DNA of 64,000 bases, from NCBI GenBank assembly GCA_038087875.1, contig JAXLNO010000051.1, forward strand, positions 558,001-622,000, written 5' to 3'. Both the position numbers and the translations under genes were made by a program. The notes under the pieces were generated by a model. The model was not told the origin of the DNA, ran no database searches, and saw only the letters and a list, made by a program, of their open reading frames with translations. Each line of letters starts with the position of its first letter. The first letter of the stretch is position 1. Below, piece after piece: positions 1 through 11,654 of the stretch. The stretch comes from Malacoraja senta (Eukaryota).

Positions 1-372
1 GCGGATCAGGGGATATGGGGAGAAGGCAGGAACGGGGTACTGATTGGGGATGATCAGCCATGATCACATTGAATGGCGGTACTGTCTCGACGGGCCGAAT
101 GGCCTCCTCCTGCACCTATTGTCTATTGTCTATTGAATCAAAGAATACATTTTTTCACACAAAGGGTGGTGGGTGTATGGAACGAGCTGCAGGAGGAGGT
201 AGTTGAAGCTGGGACTATACCAACGTTTAAGAAACAGATTGACAGGTACATGGATAGGACAGGTATGGAAGGATATGGGCCAAACACAGGCAGGTGGGAC
301 TAGTGTAGCTGGGACATGTTGGCCGGTGTGGGTAAGTTGGGCCGAAGGGCCTACTTCCACACTGTATCACTC
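1..372 (+). mobile_element. Two adjoining CR1-type LINE 3' ends (one nested in the other)
   Basis: ORF 73-303 has the CR1 C-terminal motif HFFTQRVVGVWNELQEEVVEAGTIPTFKKQIDRYM. The typical tail 'gggccgaatggcctcctcctgcacctattgtctattgtctattg' ends at ~135. Confidence 0.8.
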
Positions 373-439
373 TGTGACTCTGTGTGTGTTGACTGTTTTA
401 CTCGCGTGACTGCTCTTCAGAGCAAGTCGTGCCGTGCTC

Positions 440-650
440 TGGCCACTTGGATGCAGAGGTCACCAGTTCAAAAACTACCTGCTGTAACTTGTGAATTTGA
501 ATTTAAACACCAGTGAGACAAGAAATTGATCCTGAGTGCTGGCAGATTGTCATTCACAATCCAAATGGTTTGCACATGTGAAAGGGAGGAAGGCATGTTG
601 CCACCTCTGTGTGGTCTGGATTAGATACACACTCTGATTCACACAAAGAG
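440..650 (+). mobile_element. Old, degraded SINE relic (possibly SacSINE1/Deu-SINE-like); second copy at ~21090-21300
   Basis: B-box-like 'cagttcaaaa' followed by 'gaatttgaattt...attgtc...atccaaatggttt...ggaaggca...tgcc...tggtctgg'. This loosely matches my recollection of ancient shark SINE consensi and was not verified. Confidence 0.35.
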
Positions 651-679
651 CTTCACAGAGACGTCCAATATTCATCAGT

Positions 680-907
680 TCATAAATGATAGGAGCAGAA
701 TTATGCCATTTGGCCCATCAAGTCTACACCGCCATTCAACCATGGCTGATCTGTCTCCCCTTCCTAACCCCATTCTCCTGCCTTCTCCCCATAACCCCTG
801 ACACCCGTACTAATCAAGAATCTATCTATCTCTGCTTTAAAAATACCCAATGACTTGGCCTCCACAGCCTTCTGTGGCAAAGCATTGCGCAGATTCACCA
901 CCCTCTC
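680..907 (-). mobile_element. CR1-type LINE 3' end fragment
   Basis: Reverse complement of a CR1 tail (gccatttggccc...ccgccattcaaccatggctgatc...cctgccttctccccataaccc...agattcaccaccctct). Confidence 0.7.
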
Positions 908-1125
908 TAGTTGTGGTGGGATGATCCAGTTGCCTGATCACAGCTGGATCTGGAGGTGTGCGTTTTCACACTTCTGTAACTCTTGCATGATGGGAGAGGG
1001 GAGAAGAGGGAGTGGCCGGGGTGAGACCAGTCCTCGGTGATGCTGCTGGCGTTTCCGAGGCAGCGTGTGGTGTAGATGGAGTCAATGGAAGGGAGGTCGG
1101 TTTGTGTGATGGTATGGGCTGCGTC
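908..1125 (-). mobile_element. Rex1/Babar-like LINE C-terminal fragment (paralog at ~21560-21780)
   Basis: Translation ITQTDLPSIDSIYTTRCLGNASSITEDWSHPGHSLFSPLPS..YRSVKTHTSR resembles the Rex1 ORF C-terminus. Confidence 0.65.
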
Positions 1126-1292
1126 ACCTCTCTCCACTCTCAGTCCTGATGCAGGCTCCCTGCCCGAAATGTCGTCCATCCCTCTGCCTCCACAGATGCT
1201 GCCCGACCCACTGAGTCCCTCCTGCCGTTTGTCCTTGTTACAGATTCCAGCCTCAGCAGAGGCTGTGTCTCCTCTCTCCCAATGTGGAGTCA

Positions 1293-1600
1293 CACGATGG
1301 CGCAGCGGTAGAGTTGCTGCCTCACAGCGCCAGTGGTCCTGGTTACATCCTAACTACGGGTGCTGTCTGTACGTAGTTTGTACGTTCTCCCCGTGACCTG
1401 CGTGGGTTTACTCCGGGTGCTCCGGTTTCCTTCCACGCTCCAAAGACGTGCAGGTTTGTAGGTTAATTGGCTTCGGTAAAGATTATAAATTGTCCCTAGT
1501 GTGTGTAGGATAGTGCTAGTGTACGTGGTGATCGCAGGTCTGCGCGGACTGGGTGGGCCAAAGGACCTGTTTCCACGCTGTATCTCCAACCTAAACTAGA
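1293..1600 (+). mobile_element. HE1-like tRNA-derived SINE (paralog ~21940-22230)
   Basis: A-box-like tggcgcagcggtagag, then 'gttctccccgtgacctgcgtggg...tccggtttcc...caaagacgtgcaggtttgtaggttaattggc', and a CR1-like tail 'gggccaaaggacctgtttccacgctgtatctc'. Confidence 0.8.
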
Positions 1601-1974
1601 TATTTGCTCTGCTTGTCATGCTGGTGGTGGAGATAACGAAGTCGCTCCACGATAAATTCTAGAAACATGGAACTGCAAAACACAAATGTGATGCTCTCTC
1701 TCTCTCTCATTTCCCTCTCCCCTTACTCTCAGTCTGAAGAAGGGTCTCGACCCAAAAGGTCACTCATTCCTTTCCTCCAGAGATGCTGCCTGTCGTGCTT
1801 GAGTGTTCCTCCAGCACTGTGTTTTATGCCACATAACTTTTAGTCTTGAGGCACAGCGCGTAAACGGACCCTTCAGCCCACCGATTGCGCGCCCACCATC
1901 GATCCCCGCACACTGACACTATCCTACACACACACTCGGGATAATTCACATTTTTTTTGACCAATGCCAACTTG

Positions 1975-2968
1975 GAGGAGGTGTGGAGGAGACGAGCTGT
2001 GGAGAGGAGAGGGGAGTGGAGGAGAGGAGATGAGGGGAGACGAGGGGAGAGGAAGTGTGTGGAGGAAAGGGGAGGTGAGGAGAAAAGAGGGGAGGAGAGG
2101 GGAGGCGGGGACGGGAGAGAGGAGAGGAAAGTAAAGCAGAGGAGAGGGGAGGAGAGAAGAGGGGAGGGGAGGAGAGGGAGGGTGGAGAAGAAAGAGGCGA
2201 GAGGGGAGGTGAAGGGAGGAGAGGAGAGAACAGGGAAGGAGGGGAGGGGATAGGGGTGAGGAAAGTATAGGAGTGGAGGAACGAGAAAAGCGGGGGGTGG
2301 GCGAGAGGAGAGAAGGGAGGTGAGGAAGCCAGAGGAGGGAAGAGGAGAGAGGAGAGGAGAAGATAGGAGAGAAGATGAGAGGTGAGAGGCGAGGTGAGGC
2401 AGAGAGGAGAGGGAGAGGGAGCAGAGAGGAGGGGAGAGGAGGAGAGGGGAAGGGAGGAGAGGAGATGGGAGAGGAAAGGGGAAAGGAGACAATCTTTGGT
2501 GCTGGATTTGAGCGGTGGGAACAGAGAGAGGGGGGAGGAAGGAAAGGGGAGGAGAGGAGAGCAGTGCAGAGCGGAGGAGAAGAGAAACGAGGAGAGGAAA
2601 GGAGGAGGATGGAGTATGGAAGGGAGGGGATGAGGGGAGTAGATGAGGGGAGGAGGCCAGGGGGGAGGGGAGAGGCAAGAGGAGGGGAGAAGGGAGGGGA
2701 GGAGATGAGGGGAGTAGATGAGGGGAGGAGGGGAGATGGGAGAGCAGGGTAAAGGAGAGGAGATGTGGGGGAGAGAAGTACGGAGGGGGGAATGAAGGGG
2801 GAGTAAAGGGGGAGTAAAGGAGAGGAGAGGTATGGATAGGAGAGAAGACGGGAGAAGAAGAGAGGAGAGGAGAGGACAGGTGAGGAAAGGAGAGAGGAGA
2901 GAGGAGGTGAGGAGAGGAGAGAGGAGGAGAGGAGAGGGGAGGAGAGGAGTGGAGAGGAGAGGAGAAGA
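1975..2968. repeat. Polypurine (GA-rich) low-complexity tract A
   Basis: Nearly pure G/A on the + strand (GGAGA/GAGGG-type units). Confidence 0.95.
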
Positions 2969-3942
2969 CAGGAGCCTAAACCTGTAAGGAACAATGCTCT
3001 TTTCTTCACTTCTGAAGTGATATCGTTTGAAGTGTCGTGTGGTGTGGCGGCGCCTATCGGCAGCGACTCGACTACAGTCCGACTGTCTTTTTTTTTAATT
3101 TTGTCTTGTTATATGTATGTCGAGTCTAGTAATTATTATTACTTTTTAGTTATGTATATGTGGGGTGTGGGGGGTTGGGGGGGGCAACCGTTAGTCTCTT
3201 CCTCGTTTGGGTACCTGACCTTTTCCCTGTCGGGTCTCCGATGTCCTTGGGCCTAACATCGTGGAGCCGGCGGCGGCCTCCAACCGCGACCAACCTGGGG
3301 GCTTCAGTCGCGGAGCCTGCGGACCTGACATCGCAGAGCTGGCCGGCTTCGGAACGGGAAGAGCTGTGGTGGCGCGCGGCTGCAACCCGACTCCGGAGCT
3401 TCGGAGGCTCCGGCCGCAGGCCCGGTGGACAGGAACATCGGGAGCTCCAGGTCTCTGGTGGGAGACCGCTTTTCGGAGCTCCTGCAATGGCAACTTCTCC
3501 CGCTGGAATCGCTGGGTTTAAAGGACATGGAGCCGGGCCTAACATCGGCCCACATGGCTTAAATGGCCACAGGACTTACCATCGCCCGCCGGGGCTTTAA
3601 CATCGGTAGCCCCAGTTCACCTCGACGCTGCAGTTGGACTGCTGGACCACGGGAGAAGAGATAAGACTTTGCCTTCCATCACAGTGAGGAGGTGTTGGAG
3701 ATTCACTGTGATGGATGTTTATGTAAACTGTGTTAAGTTTGGGTCTTGGGTTTTTTGTAATGTAAGACTGTAGGCAATGCAATTTTGTTCAAACCAAACT
3801 GTTTGAATGACAATAAAATGCATTCTATTCTATTCAATTCTATTAAAAAAAAAGCGAACCAAGCCTCCAGGACTTTGGTCCATTCCTCAAAAGTATACCC
3901 GGATTCTAACTGGGGCACATTCCCATCTATTGTATTAGTCAT
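2969..3942 (-). pseudogene. gag: Gypsy-B gag N-terminus, split by an insertion at 3033-3851 and truncated at ~2969
   Basis: Joining 3942-3855 to 3032-2969 gives MTNTIDGNVPQLESGYTFEEWTKVLEAWFA-SNDITSEVKKRALFLTGLGS in frame, matching the Ty3/Gypsy gag N-terminal pattern (W..y.e.le.yF.aN.i....kkra.ll...G). Confidence 0.75.
3033..3851 (+). mobile_element. Unclassified non-coding retroposon with AATAAA, (ATTCT)n and A-tail
   Basis: Interrupts gag precisely. AAG is duplicated at 3030-3032 and 3852-3854. The 3' end reads caataaaatgcattctattctattcaattctattaaaaaaaaa. GC-rich interior with no recognisable ORF. Confidence 0.6.
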
Positions 3943-4386
3943 GGTTAAAGCCCTGTCTCACGGTGCGAGTTGACCCACGAGGTACCCCGAGCGAAAGACT
4001 CGTGGTTGTGCACGAGTTTCATTTAAATCTTTTTATTTGAATTTCACAGCAATTTGCATACATACTATGATAACAGACAGTGACAGTCAAGGCATAATTG
4101 TACAACAGTATATAAGCGACCCTCAAAGCTCTTACCCTTACCCGCCTTCAACCCACCCGAATCAGGTCGGAACCAAGCGGGGACAAACAACACTCACATA
4201 CGTACACTGTGTACGTACACGTACAAATATGGTAAGATAAACGAAACAAAAAAAACTTTTTTTTTTTTAAATATTATTTGGGGTCACTTATAACAGTAAA
4301 TAAGTAAGTAATTAAATAAATAAGTGTAGGGAGGGGGGGTTAAGGGGAGATCAGCTGCAGTAGAGCAAAACAATGGTGGAGAGCAC

Positions 4387-5566
4387 TCAATCCTCTTCCG
4401 AGTCCGGGGACAAGTTGAGAGAGTTAAGAAGTTCCATGAAAGGGTTCCATGTATCTAGGAATGTCTTGGTAGAGCCTTTGAGAGAGAATCTAAATTTTTC
4501 AAACTTTAAATTGTAAAGCACCTCCTTAATCCAACGGGCGTGTGTCGGGGAACAGGTGAGTCTCCAGTTAAGCAAGATCAGTCTCCGGGCTAACAAGGTT
4601 GTAAAATCTTAGCTCTAGATCTGGTTGGGATCCAGAGCTAAGATAGTATCGGTCAGGGTTTCAGGGGGGCGATTTGGGAAATAGGGGAATATCTTCTTCA
4701 AAAATCCCAAATCTGAAAAAAACGAAAAAGGTGGGAGTTTGGGAGGCTGTAGTTGGACGAGAGCTCCGCAAAGGACGAAAAGATGCCATCCTTGTATAGG
4801 TTTTTGATACTACTGATACCATTGCTATGCCAGATTTTGAATGCGTGGTCTGTACTTGAAGGTGTAAAGATGTGATATTTAAGCAGTGGGGTCAAGATGG
4901 AAGGGCCTTGTAAACCGAAGTTTTTCTTGAGTTTACTCCATTTCTTGAGCGAGATGGACGCAATTGGGCCTGCACCAACAGATGTTATAGGAAGGGGGAG
5001 TTGGGAGCATAGGACAGACCGCAACGGGAGACGTGAACTCGCCTTTTCCATGTGTATCCAGGTCGGTAGGTGGTCGCAATCATCATTCATCCAATACAGG
5101 AGATTTTGCAAGTTAGGTGCCCAATAGTGGCGCCTAAAGTCAGGAAGTGCCAAACTGCCGTCACTCTAAGGAGACTGCAGTATCGCCTTTCGGATTCTAG
5201 CCGGTTTGCTACCCCATAAAAATTTAGATAATGTCCTCTCTAATTTATCAAAAAAAGATGTAGTGATAAATATAGGGACGTGCTGGAAAAGATACAGGTT
5301 TTTGGGTAGGACGACCATCTTGACCAGATTTATGCGGCCCACGAGGGATAGCGGTAAAACTGACCAGCGGTCAAAATCTCTTTCGGCTTTCTCAACCAGA
5401 GGCAGAAAGTTTGTGCGGAACATATCAGATAAGGGTATTGTGATTAAAAACGCCGAGATAGCGAAACCCGTCATCTGCCCATTTGAATGAGGTTAAAGAG
5501 CGTGGGAGCTGCTTAACCAATGAGTTAATCGGTAATAGCTCACTCTTTTGGTAATTACGTTTATAA
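4387..5566 (-). pseudogene. L1-A ORF2 3' part (post-RT), disrupted
   Basis: YKRNYQKSELLPIN...LPLSLVGRINLVKMVVLPK.LYLFQ...LALPDF...LARRLILLNW...WNPF; stop at 4387. Confidence 0.88.
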
Positions 5567-5798
5567 TGTGGCGGCTCCCAAGGGTCGTGCCATCATACCT
5601 GTCGAACCCCTCGGCACGGGAGTGGTTCAGTCCGGAGGCGGCCCTTAGCCAGCGGGTTTAAAGGCAGGGGTTTAGGAGCCATCTTTCTCTCGTTTGGTCT
5701 TCCCTACAGGCGGGAGGAACATAATTAAAGGTGCCTCTCAAAACACTCGACTTCGTGCTTCCTTTTGGGACCCACGCACCACATTGGTGACCCCGACG
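5567..5798 (+). promoter_or_regulatory. Gypsy-A 5' LTR (5567-5783, 217 bp) and tRNA-Trp primer binding site (5785-5798)
   Basis: Inverted termini TGTGG/CCACA, ATTAAA near 5724, and TGGTGACCCCGACG complementary to the tRNA-Trp 3' end. Confidence 0.85.
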
Positions 5799-5811
5799 CT
5801 CCATTGGCGTC

Positions 5812-6648
5812 ATGATGGAGAGAAGAGAAAGCCCTACCTCCTCACAGGCCGGCCCGGCCCGGTCTCTGGACGCGGTCTCGGTGAAACAGCCTACCTTCTG
5901 CACCACCCGGCCGCTCATCTGGTTCCAGCAGGCGGAGGCCCAGTTCAACCTGCAGGGCATCACGGTCGATGCCACCTGCTTCTATTACCTGGTGGGGGCC
6001 CTCGACCAGGACACGGTTGAGGAGGTCACGGACTTCCTCGCAGCCACCCCCGGACACTGATAATATCTCGGCCTTAAGGAGCTCCTGCTCCAGATTTATG
6101 GTCTAAGTAGGATGGAGCGTGCTCCTAAGATCCTGCATATTGAGGGCCTATGCGACCGACGGCCATCAAGCCTCCTAAAGGAGATGGTGGCTCTACTGGA
6201 TGGGCACACGCCGTGCCTGCTATTCGAATATACTTACCTGCATCTGCTGCCGGCCTACATTCGTCTGCAGCTCACAGACGTCTCCTTTGCAGACATCAGG
6301 GCCCTCGGGAGGCGCGCCGACGCGATGTGGTTGGCGCGCCCTGATGACGTCATCGCGCTGGCCGTCAGCAGAGACGGGGACGCGCTGAGGCCGATTCGCA
6401 CTGATGACGTCAACGCGCTGGCCGTTGGCAGGCGCGCCGATGACGTCACCCCGGCAGCCCCCGATTTCCTCCGGTGGGGCGGGGGAGCTGTGGAAGGAGT
6501 GACAGCTCCAGCCCGACGTCCCGTCAGATCGCCCCCCGCGGCCGTGAGGGGTACTGCACCTGCAGTCCAGCGGCAGCAAGCTGTAGGCACCACCATCAGG
6601 AGCCAGCAAGCTCCAAGTAACACCAACATGAGGCGCTGGTGCTACTAA
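5812..6648 (+). pseudogene. gag: Gypsy-A gag (in-frame stops at ~6058-6063)
   Basis: SVKQPTFCTTRPLIWFQQAEAQF...YYLVGALD and GLCDRRPSSLLKEM...LLPAYIR gag motifs. Confidence 0.8.
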
Positions 6649-8826
6649 CACCAGCGCTGGGGTGCTGCAGCACGACAATGCCGCCAGCCGGGCACGTTCC
6701 CGGGAAATGCTTGGGCCGGCTACCAATAGTTCCCGCGGCGGCCGGCCAAATTCACCGCCTCTTCGCCTGGGATCGGCGCTCCGGGACCCGCTTCCTCGTT
6801 GATACTGGAGCGGAGCTCAGCGTCCTGCCCCCTTCGCTGGCCGACAATCCGTCCGGTAAGCGGGGGCCCGTCCTCACCGCGGCGAATGGCAGCCCCATCC
6901 GCACATATGGAGTGCGCATGGTTCCGATCGTGTTCGGCTCCTGCCATTTCTCGTGGCAATCCACCATTGCCGACGTCTCCCAGCCATTGCTCGGGGCCTA
7001 TTTCCTCCGGGCGCATTCCCTCATGGTGGACGTCAGGCGTCAGCGCTTGGTCAACGCCGCTACGATGGAGCCGATCACGTTTGTATCAACCGGTGGGACG
7101 GCCCCTGTCGTCCGTGGACTCCCGCTTCGCACGGAACTTGGCCGCGTTCCCAGACATTACGACCCCGCAGTTTGGATCATCGACCCCCAGCCACGGAGTG
7201 GTACATTTTATCCAGACTACCGGCCCACCTCTCCACGCACGAGCACGCCGACTGCCGCCGGATAAACTGCGTCTGGCACGGCGGGAATTCCGCACAATGG
7301 AGACCTTGGGGATCGTCCGTCCTTCGAGCAGCCCTTGGGCGTCCCCACTCCACATGGTCCCTAAGTCAAGCGGGGGCTGGCGACCTTGCGGGGATTACCG
7401 ACGGCTGAACGCCGCAACAACAACGGATCTATACCCCGTACCCCACAGCCAGGACTTCACCGCCCATTTGGCTGGGGCCATAATATTTTCAAAAGTGGAT
7501 CTGGTACGGGGTTATAACCAGATCCCGGTTCATCCGGATGACGTACCCAAGACGGCGATCATCACGCCATTCGGACTTTTTGAGTTCACGCGCATGCCGT
7601 TCGTCCTCAAGAACGCTGCGCAGGCATTTCAACGCCTAATGGACGGGGTTTGTCGCGACCTCGATTTCGTGTTTGTGTATCTGGACGACATCCTGGTGGC
7701 CAGCCGCTCGCAGCAGGAGCACTGCGCCCACCTTCGGCAGCTCTGTCAGCGGCTCAGCGAGCATCGTTTGGCCATCAACCTTGACAAGTGCCGTTTTGGT
7801 GTGACCGAGATTGACTTCCTCGGCCGCCGCGTGACTGCGCAAAGCGCGGTTCCCCTGCCTGACAGGGTCGACCCCATCCGTCGGTTTCCCCGCCCACGCC
7901 CGGTGCGTGGCCTGCAGGAGTTTGTCGGCATGGTGGCGTTTTACCATCGTTTCGTGCCATCCGCGGCCCACATCATGCGGCCGCTGTATCAACTCCTGGC
8001 GGGTGGGCAGCACAAGAACATTGAATGGACCCACGAGGGAGTGGCAGCTTTTGACGGCGCGAAGGAGGCCCTTGCTCGGGCCGTACTGCTGGTGCACCCG
8101 CGGGCAGATGCCCCGACTGCTCCCATGGTGGATGCCTCTGATTCGGCGGTTGGTGCTGTGCTGGAGCAACTGACGGGCGGAGGTTGGCGGCCCCTGGCCT
8201 TCTTCAGCCGGCACCTCAACCGCGCGCAGACGAAATACAGCGCGTTCGATCGCGACCTCCTGGTTCTGTACCTGGCAGTGCGCCATTTTCGCTAATTCCT
8301 GGAGGGCCGCCCGTTCACCACCTACACGGACCACAAGCCGCTCACTTTCGCCCTGGCGAAGGTTTCCGACCCCTGGTCCGCACGGCAGCAGCGGCAATTG
8401 GCGTACATTTCGGAGTATACAACGTCTATCCGCTACATCGAGGGGAAAGAGAACCGGGTGGCCGACGCATTGTCCCGCCCTGCTATCAACGCCGTGTTCG
8501 AGATGGCGCCCGGAATTGATTATTCTGCTCTGGCAGAGGCACAGCTCACGGACGATGAGATGCCCGCCTACCGGACTGCCATCTCCGGCCTCCGCCTTGA
8601 GGATGTCCCTCTCGGTCCTGGAGGAGTGACAATCCTGTGCGATGCATCGTCCGGTCAGCCGCGCCCCATCGTCCCTGCCACCTGGCGCCGGACGGTGTTC
8701 GAGGTGATCCACGGACTGGCTCACCCATCAATCCGGGCGACAACGGCACTAGTGGCCGCTCGTTTCATGTGGCACGGTCTGCGCAAGCAGGTGGGCCATT
8801 GGGCTCGCACCTGCATTCCGTGCAAG
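6640..8826 (+). pseudogene. pol: Gypsy-A pol: protease, RT, RNase H, integrase Zn finger (frameshift and stop; truncated)
   Basis: [76 protein letters not shown]...WARTCIPC. Confidence 0.95.
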
Positions 8827-10448
8827 TGAAATTGGTCTATAGCTACTACAAAGCAGGGGATCTTTCTCCTTTTTAAGAATAAGGGAGATAGTAGCCCACG
8901 ACAAGGTGGGCGGTAGGCGACGATGTAAAAACGCCTCATTGTACATATCTCTCAGGACTGGTGCGAGGAGAGCAGAGAAAGCTTTGTAATATTCTACAGT
9001 GAAGCCGTCAGGGCCGGGTGACTTTCCGCTTTGCAGCGATGTGATGGCTGCTTGGACCTCAGCAACAGTTATGGGACCACCCAAGCCTCTCGTGGCTTCA
9101 TCGTCAATTCGGGGAAACGTCAAAATACTGAGCATGTCACCTGCAGTGGGAGGACAGTCGGAAGCGTATAGTTCAGCGTAGGATTTGGCAAATGCTTCAT
9201 TAATTCTAAGAGGATCAGTATGAATCTCCCCTAAACTGTATCTAATGGCTGTAATTAGCCGTGAAGTCGCCTCGGTTCTGGCCTGATGGGCCAAATGCTT
9301 CCCAGCTTTATCCCCAGATTCAAAAAAGTGTTGCCTAGATTTAAGCAGTCGTAGCTTGGCTTTATTAGTAGACGTGAGGTCAAAGTCTGTTTGTAACCTA
9401 GGGCGTTCTCTATAAAGGTTAGGGTCTTGGTCAGATGCATATTTGTCATCAATGTCCTTTATTTTTTGTAACAGTTCTGCCGTTTGGGACGTGTCGGTTC
9501 TTTTCAGGGTGGAGACAAAAGAGATAAGTTGGCCCCAAATATAGGCTTTTGAAGCTTCCCAGAGTATACCACTTTCTATGTCCGGCGAGTCATTCAGGTC
9601 AAAATATAAGATGATTTGGGAGTGCAAGAATTGCATGTAGTGAGCCTCTGCTAATAACGAGGAGTTGAACCTCCACTGTTTAAAGGGGTTAGTTCGTTTA
9701 CGAAGTGGAGATCGAGGGAGGTCGCAGCGTGATCTGATATTACGATGCTATGATACTCGCTGGATTTGATTTTGGAGAGCAGTCTATTATCTAAGAGAAA
9801 GAAGTCTATATGGGTATAGGTACGGTGCACGTGGGGCAAAAATGAAAATAATTTAGTCGTGGGGAATGTAAATCTCCATGGGTCTGTGAGCCCAAGTTGT
9901 TTGGCAAAAGCATGCAGAGTCTTACCTGATTTAGTTAAAGTAGAGGCTTTGTTCGAAGATCTGTCCAGTATAGGGTCTTGGACCAGATTAAAATCTCCAC
10001 CCACAATGACGTGGTGATTTTCAATAGTTGGGAGAGATGTAAAAAATTTGGTTACAAATGAGTTGTACGGGCCCGTAATGAGCTGTACGGGCCAGCTGGG
10101 TCCGTAAATGCTGGCCAATATAACAGGTGTGTCCTGCAGTTTGCCAGACACCATGACAAAGCAGCCAGCAGGATCCTCCACAGTTTTCTGGGGTTCGAAC
10201 ATAACGTTCTTACGAATCAGGATAGCAGTACTCCTAGCCCTATCATTAAATTTCGAGTGAAATAAGTGGCTAATCCAGCCTCTCTTGAGCCGTGTTACCT
10301 CTCTGTTGCGAAGGTGGGTCTCTTGAATAAAAAATATATCGCCTTTGAGCTGTTGCAAGTGGGCCAAGATCCTGTCAGTCTTGGTAGGACTTCCCACCCC
10401 CCTCACGTTCCACGAGACAAATCTAAGAGTGTCGTTTGTGTTGGCCAT
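8824..10448 (-). pseudogene. L1-A ORF2 5' part: APE endonuclease and linker to start of RT
   Basis: SWNVRG, IQETH, GGDFN, IDFFL and SDH endonuclease motifs; frameshift at ~9680 (WRFN); GKSPGPDGF...YRPISL ends at the Gypsy junction. Confidence 0.92.
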
Positions 10449-11654
10449 ACTTAGCTATATCCAAGCGAGTGGACACGCGCTGTAGTACTGCAAGTCGAGA
10501 CGGAAGAGCGCGTCGAAGCCAGCTGCCGCGAGTGGGGATGTGGGAGGGGGAGGAGTAATAAAAAAAATTAAAAATTAAAAGATACATGCACACGTACACA
10601 CACAACAAACAAGTGGGACACATATCACTTAACCATCTTTCAAACCTGAGTCCCCGGACCTGAGATCCCCCATGTCCCAACTCAACCTTGAGTGCCCATT
10701 GCACCAAGGTGCGTTCTCCTCCCATCCGCATGGAGATATCCGATCTTAACTCCCAATATTTCCACCTCCCAAAGCAACAAAATCGCTCAATGTCAGTAAA
10801 GTAACATAAAATGAAATAAGTATAGTAATAATAATAATAACAATGATAATAATAATTTGAAAAATAGAAAGTAGAAATAAAGTAAAATAAACATAAATAA
10901 ATAAATACAAAGTTGAAATAATAGCCATAGTAGTTGCACTGCCAATGTCATTGCTAACACTAATGGTAATGATAGTAATGATGATAGTAATAACAAGACA
11001 AAGCAAATTAACAAAATGGTGATACTGAATAAGCAAGCCAGCGTATAAGTGGAGCAAGAATAGCTTCCTTTGGTGTTACATAGTATATCTTAAAGTGGAC
11101 AAGGTATAAAGAAAGAGTTAGCTTTGGAAAAGTTAGCAAGTTGCAAACTGGGCTCTTGGATTCAAGCGCAGGACAAAAGAGCATCAATTAAGTATTGTTA
11201 AACAAAAACGCTGTAGGAGCAGATTGGATATAACACAGCCTTGGCTGTAATGAGCTCTTATCAGCCCCAGACAGTCCACTACGAAGACTAGTGTAAACAA
11301 ACTAGCCGAATGCTGGCAGCGTTAGCAGCCAGCTGCAAAAACAAGAAGGCAGAGGCCAGATCACGAACCACAAAGTGGGTCCATTAAGTCCAATTTTATA
11401 GCATGTGCAGGTGAAGAACCTTTCAAGTATGATTACACATACACATTATAAGGAAAAGTTGGCATAAGATAGTCATGAATCGTGGTGAATTCTTACCAGC
11501 CTCATACATTTCAAGACAGGGGTCTAGTATAATCAGCAAGGCCGAACGCTAGCAATGGCTAGTTGCTAAGAGCGATCAAGCTAAAGTTAGTCCATAGTGT
11601 AACCGTAGATTAACCGGACCCCAGTGCCACTCGGTATAGACGTACCGAGCGAAG

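Larger units (their letters stand above)
5567..8826 (+). mobile_element. Ty3/Gypsy LTR retrotransposon (Gypsy-A), 5'LTR-gag-pro-RT-RNaseH-IN(Zn), 3'-truncated
   Basis: TGTGG...CCACA LTR, tRNA-Trp PBS and the domain order PR-RT-RH-IN. Ends right after the integrase HHCC motif. Confidence 0.95.

Noticed and set aside
1293..1370. tRNA gene
   Set aside because: tRNA-derived SINE head with a degenerate B box; no full cloverleaf.
7636..8724. 362-aa minus-strand ORF
   Set aside because: Antisense shadow of GC-rich Gypsy pol.
10746..11057. Hydrophobic membrane-protein-like ORFs
   Set aside because: Arise from the AT-rich microsatellite in the L1 inter-ORF spacer.
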